A stretch of 64,000 nucleotides of DNA from the IMG/VR virus record IMGVR_UViG_3300013121_000003, positions 98,674 to 162,673 of that record. One strand, written 5' to 3'. This stretch comes from a virus. Lineage: Duplodnaviria > Heunggongvirae > Uroviricota > Caudoviricetes. Below the pieces are notes generated by a model, which was not told where the DNA came from, searched no databases, and was given only the letters and a program-made list of their open reading frames with translations. The position numbers and the translations under genes were made by a program. Each line of letters opens with the position of its first letter. The first letter of the stretch is position 1. This document shows positions 8,785 through 17,776 of the stretch, piece after piece.

Positions 8785-9295
8785 CTAACGCAACAAAAAC
8801 TGCGGATGCTTGAAGAACATCACCAAAAAGATTCCATAAAGCCAGCGCTCGATTATGATCGAATTCTGTTCCATTAACTTCAATTGCTTCTTTAATTCCA
8901 GGATGTTCTTTGATCCAATTGAACAATTCGGTTCTTACTTCGTCAATCGTTTTATTAGTGTAATATTCATTCCAAAGTTCACGAGCAATTTTTTCATAGA
9001 AACCTATAATAGTCCATCCAGAAATATTTCTGGTATAGAACTTTTGCTCTACTGAATAATATGAATCGCCTTTCAAAAAAGCATTAATAATATGAGAAAT
9101 CCTAGAATTCATCCGAACATTATTCTTACGCTTTGAATGAAGTTGATTCATTAATTTTACTTGAAAAGCTGGGTCTTTGCTTCTGGCAAGAGCGAGCTTA
9201 GCTTTCTTTGCCCACTTTAATTCTTGATGTCTAAGAATTTTACTTTCAGCAGCCAGAACCTTACGTTTCATTTTAAGTTTCGTTTTTACGTCCAT
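8771..9295 (-). CDS. Hypothetical protein
   Basis: 174-aa ORF; GAGG SD; preceded by a TATAAATA element. Confidence 0.55.
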   Translation of the reverse strand: MDVKTKLKMKRKVLAAESKILRHQELKWAKKAKLALARSKDPAFQVKLMNQLHSKRKNNVRMNSRISHIINAFLKGDSYYSVEQKFYTRNISGWTIIGFYEKIARELWNEYYTNKTIDEVRTELFNWIKEHPGIKEAIEVNGTEFDHNRALALWNLFGDVLQASAVFVALDEKK

Positions 9296-9305
9296 AATAT
9301 CCTCA

Positions 9306-9512
9306 CTAATTATTAATATTTATATTACCAAAAAAAGATTGATATACCAACAATCCGGCAGCAAATACAAGAAAGAAACATGACATGGTTCCAATCATGT
9401 ATTGGATCGCTAACTTCTTTGAACATTTTCTACAACATAATACCATCCAATCATAATCAATGTCTGTTGCATAACCACCACAATGAGAACATTTATGTGC
9501 TTCGATAATCAT
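9306..9512 (-). CDS. Small zinc-ribbon (CxxC...CxxC) protein with a C-terminal transmembrane helix
   Basis: 68-aa ORF; two CxxC pairs plus a hydrophobic tail. Confidence 0.5.
   Translation of the reverse strand: MIIEAHKCSHCGGYATDIDYDWMVLCCRKCSKKLAIQYMIGTMSCFFLVFAAGLLVYQSFFGNININN
9317..9324 (-). promoter_or_regulatory. T4-type late promoter consensus TATAAATA, 22 nt upstream of the ATG at 9295
   Basis: Exact TATAAATA on the minus strand, followed by a GTGAGGA Shine-Dalgarno. Confidence 0.4.
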
Positions 9513-9831
9513 TTAGTTCCCCTTTAGAAAACTTGTGATAATCAAGAAGAAGATAAACGCTGCTGATGCATATCCCAAGAAGTAAAAGATTATAGTTCTG
9601 AAAGTAAACGATAGAGAACGTTTGATGTTCATATTCGTCCTCTATCGTTTAAATCGACTCTATTCAATTATCTTCCATTTTCTTGAAGATATCGAGATAC
9701 GTTGGTGAAAGATTAACAGAAGACAACTGATAGTCAAGAGGCATCATCATTCGTGGCTGTTTATTCGCTACCTTCAGTTGCTTTTTTGGAGCATCCCAAT
9801 AATTTCGCTTGGTCTTTCTTTTGATCAGAAT

Positions 9832-10446
9832 CTATTCCGGCTTGTCAGAAGACGTAATCGGAATTCTTTTTGTATCATTCAAATATTTTACTGCATTTTT
9901 TAATTCTTCTGAAAGTTTGTTGTAATTATCTTTTCCAATAGAAGCCACCAAAACGTTTTCCGATTCTTTTGCTGCATTGACGGCGCTTCTTAGATTATCG
10001 AGATTATTTTCTCTTTTTGGTTGTTGTTTTTCTGCTTCCATTTTCTGATAAAGTTCCTCTGAATAGAGTGAAGAAGCCAGCGCCCATTTCTTTAAACCAT
10101 CAGAAACTCTTTCGACAAGAATCTTATTTTTAAGTTCATATTTTGAATTGACCAGAACTCCATGAAGTTTTACTTGATCTCCATATACTATTTGTTTATC
10201 GTTATTTGATAAACGAACGTATCGAGAATCACAAAATCTTCTGATTTCATTGGATTCAAATCGAACAATTTTATTTGGCATTTGAAAAAGTGGAAGTTCT
10301 TCTTTATGAGAAAGTTTTTGACCATGACGATCAATAAAAAATGCATTCATCGGTCTTAAACTTTCGACAATCCACATATATTGGTGGCCATTGATTTCGT
10401 AAGTTTTGTTTTCCATATCGAAGGCAGGCATTGAACGCAACTCCAC
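9832..10446 (-). CDS. Hypothetical protein
   Basis: 204-aa ORF. Confidence 0.55.
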   Translation of the reverse strand: MELRSMPAFDMENKTYEINGHQYMWIVESLRPMNAFFIDRHGQKLSHKEELPLFQMPNKIVRFESNEIRRFCDSRYVRLSNNDKQIVYGDQVKLHGVLVNSKYELKNKILVERVSDGLKKWALASSLYSEELYQKMEAEKQQPKRENNLDNLRSAVNAAKESENVLVASIGKDNYNKLSEELKNAVKYLNDTKRIPITSSDKPE

Positions 10447-10506
10447 GGTCTATAGGAAGCTTCCCCAATGAGGATCATAGACTAGCTGGATTGGCGATGC
10501 AAGAGC

Positions 10507-11049
10507 TTAGGAAAACGCCTTAGACAGTTTCAACCAACTCTTTTTCTTTTTGAATAAATCTTTTTCATCATCATATTGAGAATAGGAACTTGAGGATGGT
10601 TTATAATTTCCAGAAGGCTTATGTTCTTGTGGCTTTTGTGGTGTTAACGTGACTCCCCTAAACGAATCCTTAGCCTTATATCCCTGATCTTGCGTCATTC
10701 TAGATTTCGCAACAGTTCGGTATGCGTCACGTTTTTTCTTATCAGTTGCTATGATCTGGACTTTACTTGGTTTTACGTCTTTCAAAAATTCATTCTGATG
10801 CCTGAGAAGAAATGTTCCGATTTTGAGATTCGTATGTGCAGGAAAATCGGCTTCTTTATGAACTTTCCCATTAACGGTAATTACAGGAACGTATTTACCT
10901 TTTGTCTTATGATGAAATGCAAGTTGAACTTTATGTCCATCAATTGTATCGGAAGCATAATATCCTTTATCCTTTCCAGGAATTGGTTCTAATGCTTCTA
11001 CTTGTAGTGATTCTACAATCAATCCTCTTAAACGATCAAATGCACTCAT
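10507..11049 (-). CDS. Hypothetical protein (basic, Lys-rich C-terminus)
   Basis: 180-aa ORF. Confidence 0.55.
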   Translation of the reverse strand: MSAFDRLRGLIVESLQVEALEPIPGKDKGYYASDTIDGHKVQLAFHHKTKGKYVPVITVNGKVHKEADFPAHTNLKIGTFLLRHQNEFLKDVKPSKVQIIATDKKKRDAYRTVAKSRMTQDQGYKAKDSFRGVTLTPQKPQEHKPSGNYKPSSSSYSQYDDEKDLFKKKKSWLKLSKAFS

Positions 11050-11092
11050 ATTTCTTCCCTGTTCTGAATTGTTTTCTTTTATTTATAAAAAC

Positions 11093-11126
11093 AAAAAAAA
11101 AATAGCCCAAACCTTGCGGCTGGGCT
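11093..11126 (-). terminator. Probable rho-independent terminator
   Basis: agccca...tgggct hairpin, preceded on the plus strand by A10 (a T-run on the minus strand). Confidence 0.5.
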
Positions 11127-11163
11127 TTGAGTTTAGACGTGATCAACCGGGAGTTCAGATTGA

Positions 11164-11553
11164 TCAGTCCTTCTCCTGAGTAGGAGAACTCTTGGCTGCT
11201 TTCTGCTTCACCTTGACCTTGGCGGGCTTTGTTCGCTTGAAAGCACCTTCTTCCGAATTCGAGCCGATTGGCACGAAACGACGCTCGAAACCACACATTT
11301 CCGCAACTGCGGCAAGTCGAAACGACGCTGGATACCGAGTTCCGCCATTGGCATAACCGATTCGCCAGTTGTGGATGGTCTTGGGAGTGACGACTGTGGA
11401 ATATCGGCCCGCAAGCTGATAGCGTTCGTTGATCTGTTGACAGACTTCCTTGTCCTTCAAGCCCGAATTCTTGAGCATGTGAAGAACATCAAAAATCTCT
11501 CGATCATACTCAACATGAACCGTTCGCTTCCATGTTTTCTTCTTGATCCTCAT
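11164..11553 (-). CDS. Hypothetical basic protein (possible DNA-binding); lies at the start of the GC-rich island
   Basis: 129-aa ORF; higher-GC codon usage. Confidence 0.5.
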   Translation of the reverse strand: MRIKKKTWKRTVHVEYDREIFDVLHMLKNSGLKDKEVCQQINERYQLAGRYSTVVTPKTIHNWRIGYANGGTRYPASFRLAAVAEMCGFERRFVPIGSNSEEGAFKRTKPAKVKVKQKAAKSSPTQEKD

Positions 11554-11744
11554 TTTGGTTTCTCGCCTCTTTGTTTGACAAAATCCGCTGTTCTCTTTTG
11601 CTTTTCAAGTTCAAGAGCATCAGCGGCTTGAACTGTGTTGTTCAAGTCTTGGAGCAACCTACGCATTTCGTCCCTTGGGGCTTCGGCCAAAATGCGTAGG
11701 AGCAACCGTAAAATCTCTGAATCGTGTTTGGTATCGTGAACCAT
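11550..11744 (-). CDS. Hypothetical small protein
   Basis: 64-aa ORF; ATGA overlap with the adjacent gene. Confidence 0.4.
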   Translation of the reverse strand: MVHDTKHDSEILRLLLRILAEAPRDEMRRLLQDLNNTVQAADALELEKQKRTADFVKQRGEKPK

Positions 11745-12046
11745 TATTCAACTTCCGCTTGAACCAGCGGCGTTACCTTCAACGTTTCACGAGTTCCGTT
11801 CGTCGTATATTTCTTGCACCACGCTTCTCCCATATCACGCCGAATCGCCTCAAGATCAAGCGTTTCGAATGGCGTTTTGGAATATGAGACTGCATAGTTG
11901 TCGGTCTGCAACACGATGGTCGGGTCAATCATCTCAAGAATTTCCGCCCGCAACTTCTTTTTCGTTTTTTCAGCCTTCGTTGCCGCCAAATGCGCCTCAC
12001 AATACGCATCGACCAGCTTCTTCTTGTTGTCGCCACGAACTTTCAT
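11744..12046 (-). CDS. Hypothetical protein
   Basis: 100-aa ORF. Confidence 0.5.
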   Translation of the reverse strand: MKVRGDNKKKLVDAYCEAHLAATKAEKTKKKLRAEILEMIDPTIVLQTDNYAVSYSKTPFETLDLEAIRRDMGEAWCKKYTTNGTRETLKVTPLVQAEVE

Positions 12047-12101
12047 GTCTGTCTCCCGTTGTTTGTATAGTTCTTATAGATGTTCTTTAGCCGAATGTCA
12101 A

Positions 12102-12803
12102 CTAAAGACTTGTGATAAACTCAACTTCTTCTTCAATCGCTAAAGGATGTTCCTGAATGACTGGAACTAGAATTTCGATTCCGTTTCTGTGATGAACTGG
12201 ATAGTTGACTGTGAAGGTTTCCCATTGCTTGATCTTCGTTTTAACCTTGCCATCAAAAATCCATTCGTTCAACGCACGATACTTGTTCCTGATAAACCGA
12301 TAATTTAAAATTGACACTCTAGATGAAAATGGCGGTTTCATAAATGGTTTGACATAATCCAAATCCATGAATGCAATTCTAGAAATAAAGTCAGGAGGAA
12401 TTCTTTCTAAAATTGAAAAGGAACCATTTCGAAGATATGTTTCGAAGAAAGAAATATCTGTTTGGGTTTGTGCCCAACATCTATAGAATGTTCTTCTTTG
12501 AATATATGTCATTTCTTCAAAATCATCGATTGTTCTTCCGATTTGTTCGCATGTATCGTCATCAACTGATTTTTTTATTTCAATCAAATTTCCTAAATTA
12601 AATTCGATGATTGCGGCAACTGCACAGTTATCTAAAACTGATCTTTTATGTGCATAGTAAGACGGATGGTCACACAGATATGACCAATGCTCAACTCCAT
12701 GAATTTTGAACGTTGGTTTGACACCAGTTATTGAACGAGGAAGCAAACCAGTCTGCATGATTTTTCGAGCATTGGTAGCCGAAGTTCCGTGGTAGATTTT
12801 CAT
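12102..12803 (-). CDS. Hypothetical protein
   Basis: 233-aa ORF, AT-rich. Confidence 0.55.
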   Translation of the reverse strand: MKIYHGTSATNARKIMQTGLLPRSITGVKPTFKIHGVEHWSYLCDHPSYYAHKRSVLDNCAVAAIIEFNLGNLIEIKKSVDDDTCEQIGRTIDDFEEMTYIQRRTFYRCWAQTQTDISFFETYLRNGSFSILERIPPDFISRIAFMDLDYVKPFMKPPFSSRVSILNYRFIRNKYRALNEWIFDGKVKTKIKQWETFTVNYPVHHRNGIEILVPVIQEHPLAIEEEVEFITSL

Positions 12804-12985
12804 TTGTCATTTCCTTCTTTTTCGTTGTTAATAAAGGCTGTTGGAATACAAATCCATGTTGGATGTTTAATTGTGACGTTTGGACATCTAGCAACATAAA
12901 CCGAATTTAGTTTTCCGAAAAGAACAAGTTCTAAAGCTGTTCCACATGTTGGACACTTCAGATTAATTCCAATTTCGTATTTCAT
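12800..12985 (-). CDS. Small zinc-ribbon protein (CPTCG...C)
   Basis: 61-aa ORF. Confidence 0.4.
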   Translation of the reverse strand: MKYEIGINLKCPTCGTALELVLFGKLNSVYVARCPNVTIKHPTWICIPTAFINNEKEGNDK

Positions 12986-13041
12986 TCAGGTTCCTTTCCT
13001 AAATACTGTTGTCTGTTGCGTTTTGATATAGGAGATTCCCC

Positions 13042-13548
13042 ATGAATAAATTACCGCCTTGGATTGATACTGCACAAAAATTAATGGGAACGAAAGAAGT
13101 TCCAGGCTCTTCCGACAACCCCAAAATTATCGCTTGGGCCAAGGTTATTGGTGGCGATATCGAACAATCGTATGTTGCTGATTCCATTCCGTGGTGTGGT
13201 TTGTTCGTTGCGTACTGCATGGCCGAAAACGGAATCAAACCTGTTTCTGGGGCGCTCTGGGCGCTATCATGGTCAAAATTTGGTCAGAAATTAGACGAAG
13301 CAGTTTTTGGATGTATTCTGACAATCAAACGAACTGGCGGCGGACATGTGTGTTTCGTTGTTGGTCAGGACGATGACTATTATCATTGCCTGGGCGGGAA
13401 CCAATCAGATCAGGTGAACATCACTAGAATTCTCAAGTCACAGAAAGTATCACTGAATTGGCCAAAAGGATTCGAAGAATACAAATTCATTCTTCCTGAG
13501 AAAACAAAGTTCACCGGGAAGATTTCTTCGGTTCAACAATTCTCTTAA
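13042..13548 (+). CDS. NlpC/P60-CHAP-like cysteine peptidase / putative peptidoglycan hydrolase (TIGR02594-like phage protein)
   Basis: Catalytic-looking Cys (PWCGLFVAYCM) and His (GGGHVCFVVG); AGGAG SD; plus-strand gene in a GC-rich island; terminator follows. Confidence 0.6.
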   Translation: MNKLPPWIDTAQKLMGTKEVPGSSDNPKIIAWAKVIGGDIEQSYVADSIPWCGLFVAYCMAENGIKPVSGALWALSWSKFGQKLDEAVFGCILTIKRTGGGHVCFVVGQDDDYYHCLGGNQSDQVNITRILKSQKVSLNWPKGFEEYKFILPEKTKFTGKISSVQQFS

Positions 13549-13562
13549 GTTCTTAAAAAGAA

Positions 13563-13596
13563 AACTCCCCGAACAGAACTGTTCGGGGAGTTGCTT
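13563..13596. terminator. Bidirectional rho-independent terminator between convergent genes
   Basis: Perfect 12-bp stem ctccccgaacag/ctgttcggggag with loop aact; AAAA upstream, T-rich downstream. Confidence 0.8.
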
Positions 13597-13618
13597 TGCC
13601 AAGTTGTTGTCGAGAAGG

Positions 13619-14290
13619 TTACGAGCGGAACCGCTCGATATCCTCACCACGATCACGAGCCTCGATCAACCAAGCCGGAGGCCGACCGACGCCGTTCCAC
13701 GGCCTCTTGTACGGATCACTCGGATGCTTGTAGACACCAGCCGGCCACTTCTTGGCAGCAGCCTGAACCGGCTGGCCGTCCCGAGGCTTCGGACCACGCT
13801 TGGCACCAGTGCGGACACCGATGGCCGAGCGAAGCAGCTTGATTGCCGCCATGTCATTCTCGATCTCACGCTGCTTGATTGCCAGCGAACGCTCAGCGTT
13901 GGCGATGGAAATCTCAGCAATCTTCTGGATTGCCTTGGGCGGAAGCACCTTGGCAAGTGCATTGTAGACCTGATGCTGCTTGGCGACAGAACCAGTCTCG
14001 GGGTGGAACGCTTCGTTGATAGTCGTCATTGGAATCTCTCCGATATCCTGTTCAGTATTGTCGAAAGTAGTGATATTATCGTCACTTGGCAAGGGGGTGT
14101 CCGAAGAATCGTCGTTCGATGCCGAAGCAGCCGGTTCTTGGAAGTTATCTGACATTTCATCGTTCGGAGGAAGAACTTCCTCCTGAACTTCGGCAGAAGT
14201 AACGAACTCTTCGACCTGAACATCAGCAACTTCGGAAATCGTCTCATGCTTCTTGGAAGCAACCTTCGAATTCTTCTTGGCCATTGTCAT
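13619..14290 (-). CDS. Hypothetical protein with an acidic N-terminal half and a basic C-terminal half (possible DNA-binding)
   Basis: 223-aa ORF, GC-rich; overlapping plus-strand ORFs judged to be high-GC artefacts. Confidence 0.5.
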   Translation of the reverse strand: MTMAKKNSKVASKKHETISEVADVQVEEFVTSAEVQEEVLPPNDEMSDNFQEPAASASNDDSSDTPLPSDDNITTFDNTEQDIGEIPMTTINEAFHPETGSVAKQHQVYNALAKVLPPKAIQKIAEISIANAERSLAIKQREIENDMAAIKLLRSAIGVRTGAKRGPKPRDGQPVQAAAKKWPAGVYKHPSDPYKRPWNGVGRPPAWLIEARDRGEDIERFRS

Positions 14291-14406
14291 TCTCCTGGGT
14301 TAAGTTCGCTAGTTCGTTTCAATCATTCGATGCCCTATATGTAACCTAATGCTCGAAAGTTTGCAAGAACTTTTTTCTAGATTGTCATATATTTTTTCGA
14401 CAAGGC

Positions 14407-14436
14407 ATAAAAAAAGCGGGCATCAATGCCCGCTAA
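14407..14436 (-). terminator. Rho-independent terminator
   Basis: gcgggcat-caa-atgcccgc hairpin; A7 run on the plus strand gives a T7 run on the minus strand. Confidence 0.75.
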
Positions 14437-14460
14437 ATCCGAACTAAGCTGTTGTTTTGT

Positions 14461-14754
14461 CTAGTGAATCATTGTTGATGACTTGACTTGCATCCGAGCA
14501 TCATATCTATGAGTGTGGATAGATATCGATGCTAGATTTGTGATCGGAATCCATCTTGAACCATGTTGAATTGTTCCAACAAGATCAAGTAAGGCGATGT
14601 ATAGTTCTTCATGTTCTTGCATCACGTTATGTTCGGATTCTGTTCTACAAAGTTCGATGATGATGTTCTGATATTCAACCAAATCTTTCTTTTTTGTTCT
14701 CTTAATGATTTCTGACAATATGACCTGCAAAGGTGATGGTTGTTTCGACATCAT
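14461..14754 (-). CDS. Hypothetical protein
   Basis: 97-aa ORF. Confidence 0.5.
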   Translation of the reverse strand: MMSKQPSPLQVILSEIIKRTKKKDLVEYQNIIIELCRTESEHNVMQEHEELYIALLDLVGTIQHGSRWIPITNLASISIHTHRYDARMQVKSSTMIH

Positions 14755-14803
14755 AGACCCCCTAGTCTATATGTTACAGATCATATACAACGCTGAAGAC
14801 AAG

Positions 14804-14839
14804 AAAAAAGCAGGAGTCGAATGACCTTTTCTCTCCTGC
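14804..14839 (-). terminator. Possible terminator hairpin (gcaggag...ctcctgc) followed by a T-run on the minus strand
   Basis: 7-bp stem with a 16-nt loop; A6 on the plus strand. Confidence 0.4.
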
Positions 14840-14846
14840 TTCTTCT

Positions 14847-15335
14847 TCAAGTGTTCTGTTGTGTCAGAGACAGTCGAGGCGCTTCGTGATAACAGCGACG
14901 AGTCTTGTCCATACCGCTACCAGCCAGATAGACGAACCCAGAATAGTTCTGAGAAGACATCAACACCCACTCAATGAGGTTGATGTAGGCTTGGCGTTCT
15001 CGATGCATTTCCTGGGGACTGGACGACAGAAAAGAATTTACCTCATAGAGCATCTGGCGAACGGAAAACGTAATTTGTGGTTCCGGGATGTTCGGCAGTC
15101 TGGCGTGCTGGTTCTGAAGCATTTCATCAGACAACCGAACTGGCCTTCGATGTTCGGGAGTTCTGCTAAACGATGGCGGAAGTTGTGGCGGAAGTGGCTT
15201 GACAAGCGGTTCCGAGGTCGCTTTGTCGTTCGGTGGATCATTCTTGATCTGGGTCATCGGGTCAAGTCCTCTAGGAGTTATAGACCCTACAAGTGGTACG
15301 CAGTGAATGTGTTCAGAATGAGATAGCAAACACAC
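14847..15335 (-). CDS. Hypothetical Pro-rich protein (strand choice uncertain in GC-rich DNA)
   Basis: 162-aa ORF; the competing plus-strand ORF is Arg-rich and looks spurious. Confidence 0.35.
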   Translation of the reverse strand: MCLLSHSEHIHCVPLVGSITPRGLDPMTQIKNDPPNDKATSEPLVKPLPPQLPPSFSRTPEHRRPVRLSDEMLQNQHARLPNIPEPQITFSVRQMLYEVNSFLSSSPQEMHRERQAYINLIEWVLMSSQNYSGFVYLAGSGMDKTRRCYHEAPRLSLTQQNT

Positions 15336-15434
15336 ACGAACACGACAACGACATAATTTGTATCGACAACCAATTGATCAGAAGAGTGATAAAAAAGCAA
15401 CAAGGGGAAGGTTCAACACCTTCCCCTTATCACT

Positions 15435-16304
15435 TCACTGCTTGCAGCACGTCAGTTTGGCGTATTGTTCCCAATCCAAGGGATGAGCTTTGCGATGTCC
15501 AGCAATCTTGATCACGGTTCGCAGGCTCAACGGCTTGATTTGGGCAACGTTCTTCAGCATGAATTCGAAAACTTCTTTCTCGGCAGAAGGTGCCAGATTG
15601 AAGTTCTTGATCAATCCACCATCGATCACCTGTTTGATCCTGATCAGGTAATCACGAGGCGTCTTGATGGACAGATCGATGACGTTCGACCGATCTTGCA
15701 GGGCGGCAATATGTGGAGCGAGTTTCGTGGACTTTCCCGCAAGTTCAAAATCGACGTTCGTGATGAAGATCACGGCACCTTCGAACTCGAAACGCTTCGG
15801 AACTTCCTCACCATCATCCGTCTCGAAAGTCTTTTCTGACAACCAAGACAGAACTCGCTTGGGGCTGGTATCGCAAGCCGCCTTGAGCAAATTCAGGCTG
15901 ATTTCATCGGAATAGATGGAGTCCGAGTCATCCAAGACCAGAACTTGATCGGGCATCCGATGCTCATAGAGCTTCTTATAAAGACCAGAAGCCCGAGTGA
16001 AGCCCTTGACGACCGTGTGACGACGTTGGTCTGGATCATGTTGGCCAAGGATCGTCTCGACAGCATGAGACTTGCCAAGTCCAGGAGGCCCGGAAATGAT
16101 CAGTGAACGAGCAAAACCAAGCGCAATTTGCTCGATCAACTTACCCATCACGTGGAACCGTTCATTGATCCGCTTTGAAATGTCGCTATCACTTTCCATC
16201 GATGCCGTGAACTGCTTCGGATACTTCGTCGTGTCAGCATTGAAATGGAAAATCTTCTTGGAAGTGCGACGGCGGAAACCAGCTTTCGGAATACCTTTTC
16301 CCAT
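15435..16304 (-). CDS. AAA+ ATPase (MoxR/CobS-like P-loop)
   Basis: Walker A GPPGLGKS; Walker B VLVLDDSD. Confidence 0.65.
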   Translation of the reverse strand: MGKGIPKAGFRRRTSKKIFHFNADTTKYPKQFTASMESDSDISKRINERFHVMGKLIEQIALGFARSLIISGPPGLGKSHAVETILGQHDPDQRRHTVVKGFTRASGLYKKLYEHRMPDQVLVLDDSDSIYSDEISLNLLKAACDTSPKRVLSWLSEKTFETDDGEEVPKRFEFEGAVIFITNVDFELAGKSTKLAPHIAALQDRSNVIDLSIKTPRDYLIRIKQVIDGGLIKNFNLAPSAEKEVFEFMLKNVAQIKPLSLRTVIKIAGHRKAHPLDWEQYAKLTCCKQ

Positions 16305-16409
16305 TGTGTAAACTCCCGTTGTTTGATAGGGATGTTCTACACTTCTTATTCTTTTAAGTCAATAAGAAAAGTGATAAAAAAGTAAGTCTTTGATTTCGTT
16401 GACTTTTTT

Positions 16410-16865
16410 TTAGATCGTTCGTCTAACGAGCTTTTCTTTGTTCTTAAACAAGATACTTTCCTGAAGGTATCGAAGAACCAATCCTTCTTCTCTCCCATGC
16501 GCTTCAACCTCATGTGGAAGATCATAATAGTTTACTTTATCTAAATTGTAGTAAACTCCCTTGAACTTAGCATAAGTCAATCCATAGTTAAGTTCCTTGC
16601 GAAAAAACTGTTTAACATGAACTAACTCATGGGCCAATGTCAATAGGGTTTTTAGTCTGGAAAGTTTTTTAGATATCGTTATCTCGTATGAGTGTGTGTC
16701 TTCTTGTAAACATTGTCCAAAAAGACCATTGATAGATTTAAAGTGAATGTGTATATTCATATTTTTATGAATTCTAGAAGCTTTCATCAATCGAAACATA
16801 ATTGGAATTGCTTCATTGAGTTCATCAAATGACATATTTCCTTTACCTTCAATCGTTAAATTCAT
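16410..16865 (-). CDS. Putative Zn-metallopeptidase (HExxH)
   Basis: LAHELVHVKQ motif plus a downstream HEVEAH. Confidence 0.5.
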   Translation of the reverse strand: MNLTIEGKGNMSFDELNEAIPIMFRLMKASRIHKNMNIHIHFKSINGLFGQCLQEDTHSYEITISKKLSRLKTLLTLAHELVHVKQFFRKELNYGLTYAKFKGVYYNLDKVNYYDLPHEVEAHGREEGLVLRYLQESILFKNKEKLVRRTI

Positions 16866-17520
16866 TTTTCCTTCTCTTATTGATGAAAATATCTTTAATC
16901 ATTGGAATAAATTCCTTGACATTTTTTTTGAAAACTATTGGTTTATCCATATTGACTGCCATCAAAATTACAATCTGTGGAATGAGAATATTGTATAGTT
17001 CATAAACCATGATTGCATAAACACTGGCTTGAATAAAGTAATGTGGAATCCATTCTTCCATCTTGTCTTTCTTGGATGTTTTAAAATCCACAACAGTTGG
17101 AATTCCATTCCACTTACAGATCAAGTCAGCCGTTCCTGCTGCTTTTAGTTTTCTGGAATAGAGTCTATGTTCAACTCCATAGACCAATGAAACATTCTGT
17201 TCTAATTTAGGCTTTATTTGTGAAAATGAGTGTTTCAAGAAAGGCGATACGTCAACTTTCTTTTTAGTTCCTAAAATGTAATTTTCTAAAAGATTGTGGA
17301 ACTGTGAACCGTTTTCGGCTGCTTCTTCTGAAATTCTGTTAGCTTCTTCTTCACCTACTCGTTTCTTCCATGTTTCTAGGAAACTTTGATCTGTATATTT
17401 TTTAAGAATGGTTGTTACTGATTCGAACTCTTCTTGTGTCTGAGGATGAACATATAAACGTCCATCCTCAGTTTCTTTGCGTTCTAGATGTATTTCATCT
17501 AGGAGTTTTAAATCAAACAT
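16849..17520 (-). CDS. PD-(D/E)xK nuclease superfamily protein (Cas4/RecB-like exonuclease fold)
   Basis: GTADLICKW...VVDFKTSKK matches the D...(D/E)xK core; overlaps the upstream peptidase by 17 nt. Confidence 0.5.
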   Translation of the reverse strand: MFDLKLLDEIHLERKETEDGRLYVHPQTQEEFESVTTILKKYTDQSFLETWKKRVGEEEANRISEEAAENGSQFHNLLENYILGTKKKVDVSPFLKHSFSQIKPKLEQNVSLVYGVEHRLYSRKLKAAGTADLICKWNGIPTVVDFKTSKKDKMEEWIPHYFIQASVYAIMVYELYNILIPQIVILMAVNMDKPIVFKKNVKEFIPMIKDIFINKRRKNEFND

Positions 17521-17523
17521 TTT

Positions 17524-17766
17524 CTATCCTGGCGGCGGTTGTTGATCTGGTTCGGGATCACCCGGTAATTTCATGCGAGGTTGATTTTGAATTGCTTTAA
17601 CCAAAAACAGTGCTAAAGTTTTAACGTTATGAATTGAACTAAACATATAGAATCTATCTACTTCTGGATGTTGATATATTTTTTCCACAAATCTAAGGAG
17701 TTCTTCTTCTTTAATTTTGACTTGAAGTATCATATCTTCTTGTTCTGTGGTGAGTTCTTTTTCCAT
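17524..17766 (-). CDS. Hypothetical protein
   Basis: 80-aa ORF. Confidence 0.45.
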   Translation of the reverse strand: MEKELTTEQEDMILQVKIKEEELLRFVEKIYQHPEVDRFYMFSSIHNVKTLALFLVKAIQNQPRMKLPGDPEPDQQPPPG

Positions 17767-17776
17767 TTATTTCTCC

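Noticed and set aside
13591-14262. Overlapping ORFs 13604..14152(+), 13666..13962(-) and 14026..14262(-) inside 13619..14290
   Set aside because: The GC-rich DNA yields spurious long ORFs in all frames; the chosen minus ORF starts with Met right after the upstream gene and ends at the bidirectional terminator
14859-15326. Plus-strand 155-aa Arg-rich ORF
   Set aside because: The extreme Arg/Trp composition is typical of an antisense translation of GC-rich coding DNA; flanking terminators and the gene flow favour the minus strand (still low confidence)
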